Sequence record: OL615013
Length of the DNA stretch: 64,000 bases
Reading direction: 5' to 3' (one strand)
DNA from: Shigella phage ChubbyThor
The number at the start of each line of letters is the position of its first letter. Position 1 is the stretch's first letter. This document shows, piece by piece, positions 46,325 through 54,136 of this stretch. A program made the translations under genes and the position numbers. The notes under the pieces are model-generated. The model was not told the DNA's origin. It worked only from the letters and a program-made list of their open reading frames with translations, and made no database searches.

Positions 46325-46342
46325 CGGGGTAATCATACCCCG
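46325..46342 (-). repeat. palindromic stem-loop element family A copy 3 (CGGGGTAAT-CA-TACCCCG)
   Basis: Identical core to copy 2. Confidence 0.65.
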
Positions 46343-46357
46343 CCCAAAGTTATAGAA

Positions 46358-46597
46358 TTAACTGATGTGCTTCAGAAGAGCGAAGAGGATCGCGGCCTTG
46401 GCTTTCACCTTGCCGACGACGCCTGTCTCAACATCGACTTCTTCAGCAACCCACTCTTTGCCCTTCTTGCTGATGATAACGTCACGGCGCTGGGCATATA
46501 CCTCTTTGGTCGCATACACACGACGGAACCCTTTAGCGCGGAGCAAGCCCCAATTGCGATCAATCTCTACTGAAGTTTCGACCATTTTGTTCTTCAT
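46358..46597 (-). CDS. hypothetical basic protein
   Basis: ORF track 79 aa; leader variant GTTGAAAGGTAAGATTATATC-ATG. Confidence 0.45.
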   Translation of the reverse strand: MKNKMVETSVEIDRNWGLLRAKGFRRVYATKEVYAQRRDVIISKKGKEWVAEEVDVETGVVGKVKAKAAILFALLKHIS

Positions 46598-46720
46598 GAT
46601 ATAATCTTACCTTTCAACCTGGTGAACCCCATCGTTCGCCAGTTATTGAATAATAGGATATTCCTTAGAGGAAGTAAACCCCTAAAAGTAAAAATCCCCA
46701 ACAAACGTTGGGGACTTCTG

Positions 46721-47047
46721 TTATTTGCGCAGGGCAACCACGAGTTCAGCGAGTTCGCCCATGGTAGGGTCATCGCCTTTACTACCCAGCCAGCCGTCGT
46801 CGATTTCGACCTGAAACTCTTCTTCGAGGTCCATTACAATTTCGATAGCGTCCAGTTCGTCGCCGCCGAGATCCTTCTTGGTGCGGAGACCAGCCAGCTT
46901 GTCCAGGGCATCGTTGATTACCACTTCGGCATCGACGATCCCTTTGATGCTACTCTTGTCCTCATCACTGACTTCCAGATTCAGATTGTCAGTGGCGTAC
47001 TGAGCCAGATGACGCATGACTTCAACATATGTTGGTTTACTGCTCAT
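46721..47047 (-). CDS. acyl-carrier-protein homolog lacking the phosphopantetheine-attachment Ser (GGDELD instead of GADSLD)
   Basis: 108 aa; ACP helix II signature KDLGGDELDAIEIVMDLEEEFQVEI; acidic. Confidence 0.6.
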   Translation of the reverse strand: MSSKPTYVEVMRHLAQYATDNLNLEVSDEDKSSIKGIVDAEVVINDALDKLAGLRTKKDLGGDELDAIEIVMDLEEEFQVEIDDGWLGSKGDDPTMGELAELVVALRK

Positions 47048-47089
47048 GCTACTTCTCCCAAAGAAAGGCGGGTTGCCCCGCCCGTTGGA

Positions 47090-49294
47090 TTAGATTTTGA
47101 TCTCTTTCTCTGCCAGTTCGGCAGTGACCTTGTACTTCACGCCATCCACTTCAACTTCCATGGTTGACTCTTCCAGGTCGAGGTCGGTGAACCAGCCGTG
47201 GCCAGCAACGATACCATACACCACTTTAGACAGCGTCTTGTTCAAGGCGCGGACTTCAGTGATGGCCGCCTTGGCAGCAGCGTCGATCCAGTTTTCGATC
47301 AGCTGTTTCTGTACGGCTTCAGGCACGGCAGTGATCGCAGGAGACTTCACGAATGCTTCGTATTCCTTCAGAGCATTGGCGATGAACAAGTCACCCGCAT
47401 TGAGTTTCTTGTTCTCGGCAATCTTCTTCTGTACTGCCGCGATGCTAGGCAGAGAAGACGCTCCAGCGATCTTAACGTTCAGCTCACGGCTCATGTAGAC
47501 ATCCGTGGAGTCCTTCAGTTCGGTCTTCGGTGAGAAGCCGTAATCGCGGATGCCGTAGGAGGACAGGAACTCTGCCGCCTCAGCGCCGTACTGTACTGCC
47601 AGGCCTTTGGCGTTACCTTTGCCAACCAGTTCATCACGGAAGAACTTCAGCACCTTCTGCTTGCCTTTCAGGGCTTCCAGACGGACATTATCCGCAAAGA
47701 ACTGAGCAGCACTGATGTTCTTGACCATGGCGCGGTTGACCAGCGGTACGCTTTCCAGGTTCAGGACAAACACTTCCGGACCACCGAACACATGGACGCC
47801 CATCTGGCACAGATTGGTTACAACTTCAACATCAGCCCTGAACGGCAGAGTCTTCACGTTGATGATGCCGTCTTTGACGATGGTGTAGTTGCGCCACTGG
47901 AAAGTATCCAGTTCTTCAGGCAGACCGAACTTCTTCTGCACGAACTCCGGAATCGCCACAGTGCCGTGCTGGACAGTGCGTACACTGATATTAGGGCGTT
48001 CGGAGTTATAGACCAAATCGCTGATTGGCACAACACCCAGATCGTTGTTAGGTTCGAACGTCGGGTTCCACTCTTCGTGCTCGGCCAGCTTGAGAGCCAG
48101 GGCTTTGCGCTCTTCTTTGGACTCGGCGTTCGCGATCTGTTCTGCCAGCTTGTCTTCGGTATCGTCCAGTTTCTGAGCCGTACCGCGACCGATGCTCTTG
48201 TAGGAGAACATAGGATGTTTGGTAGCAACACACACGCCAGCTTCAGCCAGATACGTCAGCACGTCAACGACGGTCGTCGCATCTTCAGCTGGAACCAGGT
48301 CATAATCAATACCGTCAACGCCGCGCAGCTGGTCATCAACGATGGCCTGGGTCAGATCAACTTTGATGTTGGAGTAGTCCTGCTTGGTGAAGCAGTTGCT
48401 GTACTGTTTGATGAAGCGAACGTCACCCGTTTTCTTCAGGGCAGCCCACACCAGGTCTGCGTCCATGATGTGTACGCCGTAGAACGCCAGCACGTATGCC
48501 GCCTGGATGTCCGCCAGCGCATCAAGCTGGTCGATCATGTTAGGATTGACGACCCACAGCTTCGTGACGCTCTCAGGGATGCTCACGTGGCCGATAGGAT
48601 GGTCTTCATCCGGCTGTACCGCCAGCACAGTTGCTACGCCGTTTTCAACGTAGATGGCATGATCATACAGCAACGGAACATCAACAACCACTTTCGGCAC
48701 CGAGGACTTCAGTACGTTTTCCAGCTCGGTCTGATATTCGGTCTGGCCTTCGGCGAACACGTGAGTCGCGCCGGAACGTTCAGACATCAGAGCCAGCAGT
48801 TCGCGGTTACAGTACCAGCCGTATTCGATGAATGTGACGTTGTCGAAAGCGGAAGGAAGTTTTTCGGCGGTCTCCAGGATCTCATTGGAGCGCCAGCAGT
48901 TGTCATAACCATCGGTCATGAACGCCAGGTTGTTGACGTAGCCGGGTTTCTTCAGGTCACGCGCAGTATCCATCGCCAGTTTCAATGGTTCAACAAAACC
49001 AGTACAGCCGGATGGTTGTAGGAAGCGGTCGATCAGTTTGTTCAGCTCGCTCAGGTCAGATGCTGCACTAACCTGACGGCCAGCGAACACAGTACCAAAG
49101 TCGCCACGGGATGAGAAATACAGAACACTCACAGTATCTTCCGGTTTCACCAGAGAAGGCAGGTTCTCCTTCAGATGCTTACGGACTTCAGGGAGCGCAC
49201 GGTACATCGAATAAGAGATGTCCACAACGATTACATGGTTGGACGGGGCAGCAGTCGCAACCGCATTCTTAAATTCTAATGATTCAATCATCGT
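47090..49294 (-). CDS. von Willebrand factor A (vWA) domain protein, large
   Basis: ORF track 47090..49375; start MIESLEF; MIDAS motif VVDISYSM (DxSxS) near N-terminus; rest unassigned. Confidence 0.55.
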   Translation of the reverse strand, partial: TMIESLEFKNAVATAAPSNHVIVVDISYSMYRALPEVRKHLKENLPSLVKPEDTVSVLYFSSRGDFGTVFAGRQVSAASDLSELNKLIDRFLQPSGCTGFVEPLKLAMDTARDLKKPGYVNNLAFMTDGYDNCWRSNEILETAEKLPSAFDNVTFIEYGWYCNRELLALMSERSGATHVFAEGQTEYQTELENVLKSSVPKVVVDVPLLYDHAIYVENGVATVLAVQPDEDHPIGHVSIPESVTKLWVVNPNMIDQLDALADIQAAYVLAFYGVHIMDADLVWAALKKTGDVRFIKQYSNCFTKQDYSNIKVDLTQAIVDDQLRGVDGIDYDLVPAEDATTVVDVLTYLAEAGVCVATKHPMFSYKSIGRGTAQKLDDTEDKLAEQIANAESKEERKALALKLAEHEEWNPTFEPNNDLGVVPISDLVYNSERPNISVRTVQHGTVAIPEFVQKKFGLPEELDTFQWRNYTIVKDGIINVKTLPFRADVEVVTNLCQMGVHVFGGPEVFVLNLESVPLVNRAMVKNISAAQFFADNVRLEALKGKQKVLKFFRDELVGKGNAKGLAVQYGAEAAEFLSSYGIRDYGFSPKTELKDSTDVYMSRELNVKIAGASSLPSIAAVQKKIAENKKLNAGDLFIANALKEYEAFVKSPAITAVPEAVQKQLIENWIDAAAKAAITEVRALNKTLSKVVYGIVAGHGWFTDLDLEESTMEVEVDGVKYKVTAELAEKEIKI

Positions 49295-49511
49295 TATTGC
49301 CTTCTTCAGGGTTGTCTTCGGCCTCACCTTCCGGCTTGACCAGCATATGTTCAAGGAAATCGCGATTGAGTTCAATCTGACTCATCAGCGTTTCCGATGG
49401 GCTAAAGCGGCGGTCGAGGTTGTCGACGCCCGCACGTTCAAATGGTTTGGCCATATCAGCCGCCCTTGACTTCAGTAACGCCAGGGATCGACCGCAGGGC
49501 TTGGCGAACAT
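49284..49511 (-). CDS. small acidic protein (start uncertain)
   Basis: ORF track 75 aa; overlaps vWA gene start. Confidence 0.3.
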   Translation of the reverse strand: MFAKPCGRSLALLKSRAADMAKPFERAGVDNLDRRFSPSETLMSQIELNRDFLEHMLVKPEGEAEDNPEEGNNDD

Positions 49512-49815
49512 CGGCGACCTTGTCCTTCTCCACAGTCACCACAATGAACGAGAAGTTCCTTTGTTTACGCCATTTCTTGAAGTGTGAGACAAGCTGTACT
49601 TCGTTTTCTTCTGCGCCGCTTCCCCCTTCTACAGGGACGTAAACGACACCAGATTCAATAACTACATCGGCGTCATCGGGGATATCTGCGTCTACATCTT
49701 CGCGATATTCACCATTGACTTTGATGCAATGATCGTCGTGCCAAGCGCCGTTCACCCAATATTCATCATCGTGGTAGTACGCATTGAACTCGACACCTTT
49801 CATCTTCACAGACAT
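49456..49815 (-). CDS. hypothetical acidic protein
   Basis: ORF track 119 aa. Confidence 0.45.
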   Translation of the reverse strand: MSVKMKGVEFNAYYHDDEYWVNGAWHDDHCIKVNGEYREDVDADIPDDADVVIESGVVYVPVEGGSGAEENEVQLVSHFKKWRKQRNFSFIVVTVEKDKVADVRQALRSIPGVTEVKGG

Positions 49816-49832
49816 CAGGATTCCCTCGAAAC

Positions 49833-49850
49833 AGGGGAGTTGCCTCCCCT
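49833..49850 (-). repeat. stem-loop element family B copy (AGGGGAG-GCAA-CUCCCCU)
   Basis: Identical 18-mer to ~23923. Confidence 0.6.
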
Positions 49851-49857
49851 TCGGTTA

Positions 49858-51522
49858 TCAGATTTGTGATGCCAGTTCTACTACGAGAGGAGCGGCACGG
49901 ACACGCGCATCTTCCAGAGTTTGAGTGTTGAAGAACTTGCCGTCACGATACACCAGCTGGTGCTGGTTGTCGGCGTCTTGCACCTGATCAAAGGTGATAC
50001 CGTCAACCAACACTAGTTTACCCTGAGAGTCTTTAATGACTTTAAGGAAACCACGCGCAGACTTTTTAGTCCCGCCTTTGTCGGTCTTCGGCTCTTTGAA
50101 GATCTCACGGAATTCGCCGTTCACCTTACCAGCCGTTGCTTTCACCGCCGTGCCAGTACTGTCACGGGTGTTCATCTGGTAGGTGTAGGAACCGATACCG
50201 AACACCACGTTGATGGAAGCGAAGTTCCGGCCAGCCAGACGACTAAAGATCTGGTCTTCACGTGCCAGGGTGATGGAGTCACCGTAGATCAGACCGATGT
50301 GTTCGTCCAACAGGAAGTGGCCAGTTTCAGTTTGAGTACCGCCAAAGATCTCCCACAGGCGCTGGATAGAGCCGACTGCTTCAGAACGGCTGATGATATT
50401 ACGGTCGTCTGCCATCAGAGAGTTGATCGTGCCTTCGCCTGTGATCAGGTGATAGGTGTTCGTCTCTTCGATGTGAATGACTTCAGTGCTGCTAGACACG
50501 CCGCTGATGTTCAGCGTGGCGCGGTCTTTGAACCCCTCAATGCGGTAGCCGCCGACGATATGAACTGGGTCGCCCGAGTCAGGGCGGATCACGACTTTAC
50601 CGTTACGCGCCATGATAATGTCTTTCAGGCGAGGGAGATAGTCGTCGATGACCTGCCAGTAATCCCACGCATCAGACACGATGCTGACGATGCCATCAGG
50701 ATACACGTCCTGCACCAGGCGGCGGAAGGTTTCGAATTCGCCATCCTTCGTACCCATACACATCACGGCGTGTTCGGTAGCCGCAACAGAACCAGCAACG
50801 ACATAGTCTTCGTCGATGTCTGCGCCATAATACTCTTCTACGAAGTCCAGGGCAGGGTTGGTATCGGTGCCTTTGAAGAACACCAGATGACCGGAACCGG
50901 AAGACGCCGCGTCATGCCATCCACTCATGCCACGGAAGGAGAAGTCGTGGCCTTGGTAGTCGATGAACCAATGGTCCGGCGACACGCCTGTAGCGAGGGC
51001 AGCTTTCACCATCAGTGCCTTGTAATGCAGGGCGATGGTGGCGTTCGTCATCGGCTTCCAGATCTCAGAGCTGAACACAGTCTCCAGATAGTTGGTCAGC
51101 CAGTAGAACTCCGGCAGGGTGTTGAACATCACATACACCGGAACGCCATATGGGCACATGGTGCCTTCAGGCAGAGCACGGACTTCGATAGGCAGGTAGC
51201 CGAGGTCATGCAGGGCTTCAATATGCTCTGTGCCGACGCGGCCTGGACCCAGGACTTTGTTCATGCGACGGGCATACTTCTTCAACACCTTGGCCTTTGG
51301 GCGCTGGAAGAATGCTTCGTCAAACAGTTCGTGGAACCAGGTCATGAAGCCCTGGATGCCCCAGACCACCACGCCGTTCTTCGGCAGGTGAGAGTTGAAC
51401 AGTTTGTTGGAGCGCGGAGTTCCGTTGGAGAACACCAGCTCGCTGCCTTCAGGGAACTGATAGATGTGCCCTGATTTGTAGAAGTCGATTGCATGGATTG
51501 GGTCTAAGTGGCGCATGCTCAT
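49858..51522 (-). CDS. nicotinamide phosphoribosyltransferase-family enzyme (NadV/Nampt-like; candidate nicotinamide ADP-ribose transferase of an NAD+ reconstitution pathway)
   Basis: 554 aa; Nampt blocks HDFSFRGMSG, GTDTNPALD, VVIRPDSGDP; 4-nt overlap with upstream Prs-like gene. Confidence 0.8.
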   Translation of the reverse strand: MSMRHLDPIHAIDFYKSGHIYQFPEGSELVFSNGTPRSNKLFNSHLPKNGVVVWGIQGFMTWFHELFDEAFFQRPKAKVLKKYARRMNKVLGPGRVGTEHIEALHDLGYLPIEVRALPEGTMCPYGVPVYVMFNTLPEFYWLTNYLETVFSSEIWKPMTNATIALHYKALMVKAALATGVSPDHWFIDYQGHDFSFRGMSGWHDAASSGSGHLVFFKGTDTNPALDFVEEYYGADIDEDYVVAGSVAATEHAVMCMGTKDGEFETFRRLVQDVYPDGIVSIVSDAWDYWQVIDDYLPRLKDIIMARNGKVVIRPDSGDPVHIVGGYRIEGFKDRATLNISGVSSSTEVIHIEETNTYHLITGEGTINSLMADDRNIISRSEAVGSIQRLWEIFGGTQTETGHFLLDEHIGLIYGDSITLAREDQIFSRLAGRNFASINVVFGIGSYTYQMNTRDSTGTAVKATAGKVNGEFREIFKEPKTDKGGTKKSARGFLKVIKDSQGKLVLVDGITFDQVQDADNQHQLVYRDGKFFNTQTLEDARVRAAPLVVELASQI

Positions 51523-52373
51523 TTTACACGTCCTGTATTTTCAGTTTTGAAAGGAAGACCGTCGGCGGTGATATTCTCCCACCAGACAGTGTCGGCATAC
51601 ACAGCATCGTAAATCCCGTCGAAAACAGAGAGACCTTTGCTGAAGATGCCATGGGTAACGAAGAGCGTCATGTGTTTGGGCTTGTGCTTCTGAAGCTCTT
51701 TGCCTAACTCAACGAACGTGCGCCCACCGTCGCAGATATCATCAACCACAACCAGATAGCGGTCTTTGATCAGTTCAGGGTTTGTAATGCTCACCCCAAT
51801 GATCTCACCAGTCTTGGTGTCACGGTTCTTGTGTCCGTAGACAACAGGAACACCATCCAGAGACAGGCTGAGGGCTTCGGTCTTCTTCGCCGCGCCACCG
51901 TCAGGGGCTACCAACACAGCATTGTTCCCACGGATGAACCAGCCCAGATACTGACGCACGATGTAATCTTGCGGGACAACATGGACGTTGTTGATCAGAG
52001 AAGTCACAACATGGCTGTGAGGGTCTTTGATCGCCACGCGGTCAAAGTTCATGCTATTGATGAACTCAGCCGCCCACTTCACAGACAGAGGCTCGCCGAA
52101 GTCGCAATGGCGGTCCTGGCGAGCATACGGGAAGTAAGGGATATACGCATGGAATGTCGTCAGACGATCCACGTTGCCCAGGCCACGCACGGCGTTTACC
52201 AGAAGCGCCAGCTCAATGAAGTCGGCTGATGATTTGATGTGAGCATCAATCACCACGTTCTGGACGTGACCGACAGGGATGCCAGCCTTTTGGATCTTGA
52301 TATGTTCCTCACCACCTGGGAAGGTGAAGTGCTTGTAGAACACATCTTGGTCGTTCAATTTCAAACGAAACAT
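51519..52373 (-). CDS. ribose-phosphate pyrophosphokinase-family enzyme (Prs-like; candidate ADP-ribose pyrophosphokinase)
   Basis: 284 aa; IPYFPYARQDRH (cf. IPYFGYARQDRR) and PRPP-binding loop VVVDDICDGGRT. Confidence 0.8.
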   Translation of the reverse strand: MFRLKLNDQDVFYKHFTFPGGEEHIKIQKAGIPVGHVQNVVIDAHIKSSADFIELALLVNAVRGLGNVDRLTTFHAYIPYFPYARQDRHCDFGEPLSVKWAAEFINSMNFDRVAIKDPHSHVVTSLINNVHVVPQDYIVRQYLGWFIRGNNAVLVAPDGGAAKKTEALSLSLDGVPVVYGHKNRDTKTGEIIGVSITNPELIKDRYLVVVDDICDGGRTFVELGKELQKHKPKHMTLFVTHGIFSKGLSVFDGIYDAVYADTVWWENITADGLPFKTENTGRVK

Positions 52374-52483
52374 AATGTAGCCTCATGGTGTATTGTACAG
52401 CCGTATTATACTGTGATGCACAAATTGAAACACCCAGCAAATATACTGGGCGTCATTGATATTGAAGGAGTTTGATAATTCAG

Positions 52484-53278
52484 TTATTTGTAGGAATCGA
52501 CGATGGCCTTGAACAGCGCGTCCTTCTGGTCGGTTGGGATATAATCCGCCGGAGCCAGCAAGAGCCGCCTGATGTCTTCACAGCAGCCTTTCTGCTCTTC
52601 GGCGCTCATCTTATCCCAAGTGGTGGCATTAAAGTAGATCCCACCCTTGTAAGCCGCCGTGCAAGTCTTGGCCAGGCGAACAACGAGTTCTGAATACAGT
52701 TCATCAGGCCGCATGTGTGAACGCAAATATGTTTCCACTCTGGCCTGGACTTTGCTGTTGTGTTGGTCATTGTGAAGTTCGTTGTCGGTATGAATAAATT
52801 CAGCACCGAATCCGCGACTTGGGTCTCGTGGATGATGGAACACGAAAGACTGGCTATGACCTTTCAAGAATTCCATCCCAGCCATATGATTTATCTTCCC
52901 CCTTTCGGAGATGTACTGCAAGATATCTATCTTCGCATCGGCGGTGGCCGCCTCCAACATCTGCTTCTCCACGACGGCGCGGTAGGCTTCCAGTTCCCAC
53001 AACTGGGAGAAAGTCTTGTCATAGGCCAGCTTCTTACCCAACTCTTCATCAAAGTTGGCAGGGTCGATGGAAGTAGAGCTATTCTTGCCCCAGACGACAA
53101 AGCCGTTGTCCATCTTGAAATGGCAGGTGATGACACGATGACCGCCGACTTCACGGTCTTCATAGATGACTTCAGCAATGTGGGACTTCAGGAGGTCTGG
53201 AGACAGCTTCAGACCTTCGCGAACAGATTTACCCTTCAGCTCAACACCTTTGGGTTCATTACGATTGATGGTTGCCAT
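52484..53278 (-). CDS. hypothetical protein
   Basis: ORF track 52484..53311; start MATINRNEPK. Confidence 0.45.
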   Translation of the reverse strand: MATINRNEPKGVELKGKSVREGLKLSPDLLKSHIAEVIYEDREVGGHRVITCHFKMDNGFVVWGKNSSTSIDPANFDEELGKKLAYDKTFSQLWELEAYRAVVEKQMLEAATADAKIDILQYISERGKINHMAGMEFLKGHSQSFVFHHPRDPSRGFGAEFIHTDNELHNDQHNSKVQARVETYLRSHMRPDELYSELVVRLAKTCTAAYKGGIYFNATTWDKMSAEEQKGCCEDIRRLLLAPADYIPTDQKDALFKAIVDSYK

Positions 53279-53660
53279 TCTGTGTTTCCCGTAATTGGTT
53301 GCATACAACAACTACTTTACGGCACATGTCGATATCGAACAAGCCGATATGGCAATCACGCTTCTTGATCCCCAGCTTATGCGCCAGCCAACTGTAAGCG
53401 TCGCTCCTGCTCCTCTCTCCGCTTTTCCACAATGGGTCAAACGATCTATGGGCTTTTCGCTTCTCGGCACGGAGAGCGGCATTCGCCATCCTTCCCAGAG
53501 GTTGTCTGCCGTCGCCATGGGCATGGCAACCGACACGAGCGTCACATGGAGTGCATACCCAGAACTTCAGATTGCGGAGGTCAGGGCGATGAGGGTGGAG
53601 GACGTCACCACCGACGAATTCGGCTGGGTGGCCGCAGTAATCACAGATGACAGGTTTCAT
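53259..53660 (-). CDS. zinc-ribbon protein
   Basis: ORF track 53259..53687; MKPVICDYCGHP ... WVCTPCDARVGCHAH Cys/His cluster. Confidence 0.4.
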   Translation of the reverse strand: MKPVICDYCGHPAEFVGGDVLHPHRPDLRNLKFWVCTPCDARVGCHAHGDGRQPLGRMANAALRAEKRKAHRSFDPLWKSGERSRSDAYSWLAHKLGIKKRDCHIGLFDIDMCRKVVVVCNQLRETQNGNHQS

Positions 53661-53720
53661 ATTCTTTGTCCAAAAGAAACCCCGCACATGGCGGGGTTGC
53701 TCAGGCCGAGGCCAACAGGG

Positions 53721-54092
53721 TTATTTCAGCAGCGCTTCCAGTTCTTCAACAGATTTGCCTTCCAGCTCCTGCTGTTTCTTACGCTGGATCAGCTCCAGGA
53801 TAACCTGGTTGTTCGCCTTACGCTCTGCCGCGTCTTTGCTGTCGTCACGCTCTTTCAGCTTAACGCCGATGATGTGCTTGACAACGTCGAAGCGCAGCTG
53901 CAGTTCGGAGTCAACGTTGCTTTTGGTGCCGATGAAATCTTCTTCATCGGTTTCCGCTGCCTTCACCTGACGGCTCAGACCTTTGGCCATTTCGTTCAGG
54001 GCGGTCAGGCTAAGGTCCCAGACCTGCTCAACAGACAGCAGACCTTTGTTGGATTCGAAGCGCAGTTTCAGACGGGTTGCTTTATCAAACAT
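53721..54092 (-). CDS. hypothetical coiled-coil protein
   Basis: ORF track 123 aa. Confidence 0.45.
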   Translation of the reverse strand: MFDKATRLKLRFESNKGLLSVEQVWDLSLTALNEMAKGLSRQVKAAETDEEDFIGTKSNVDSELQLRFDVVKHIIGVKLKERDDSKDAAERKANNQVILELIQRKKQQELEGKSVEELEALLK

Positions 54093-54136
54093 TTTACTAT
54101 CCTCAATGATGAATGGGTTACAATTTCAAATCAGGT

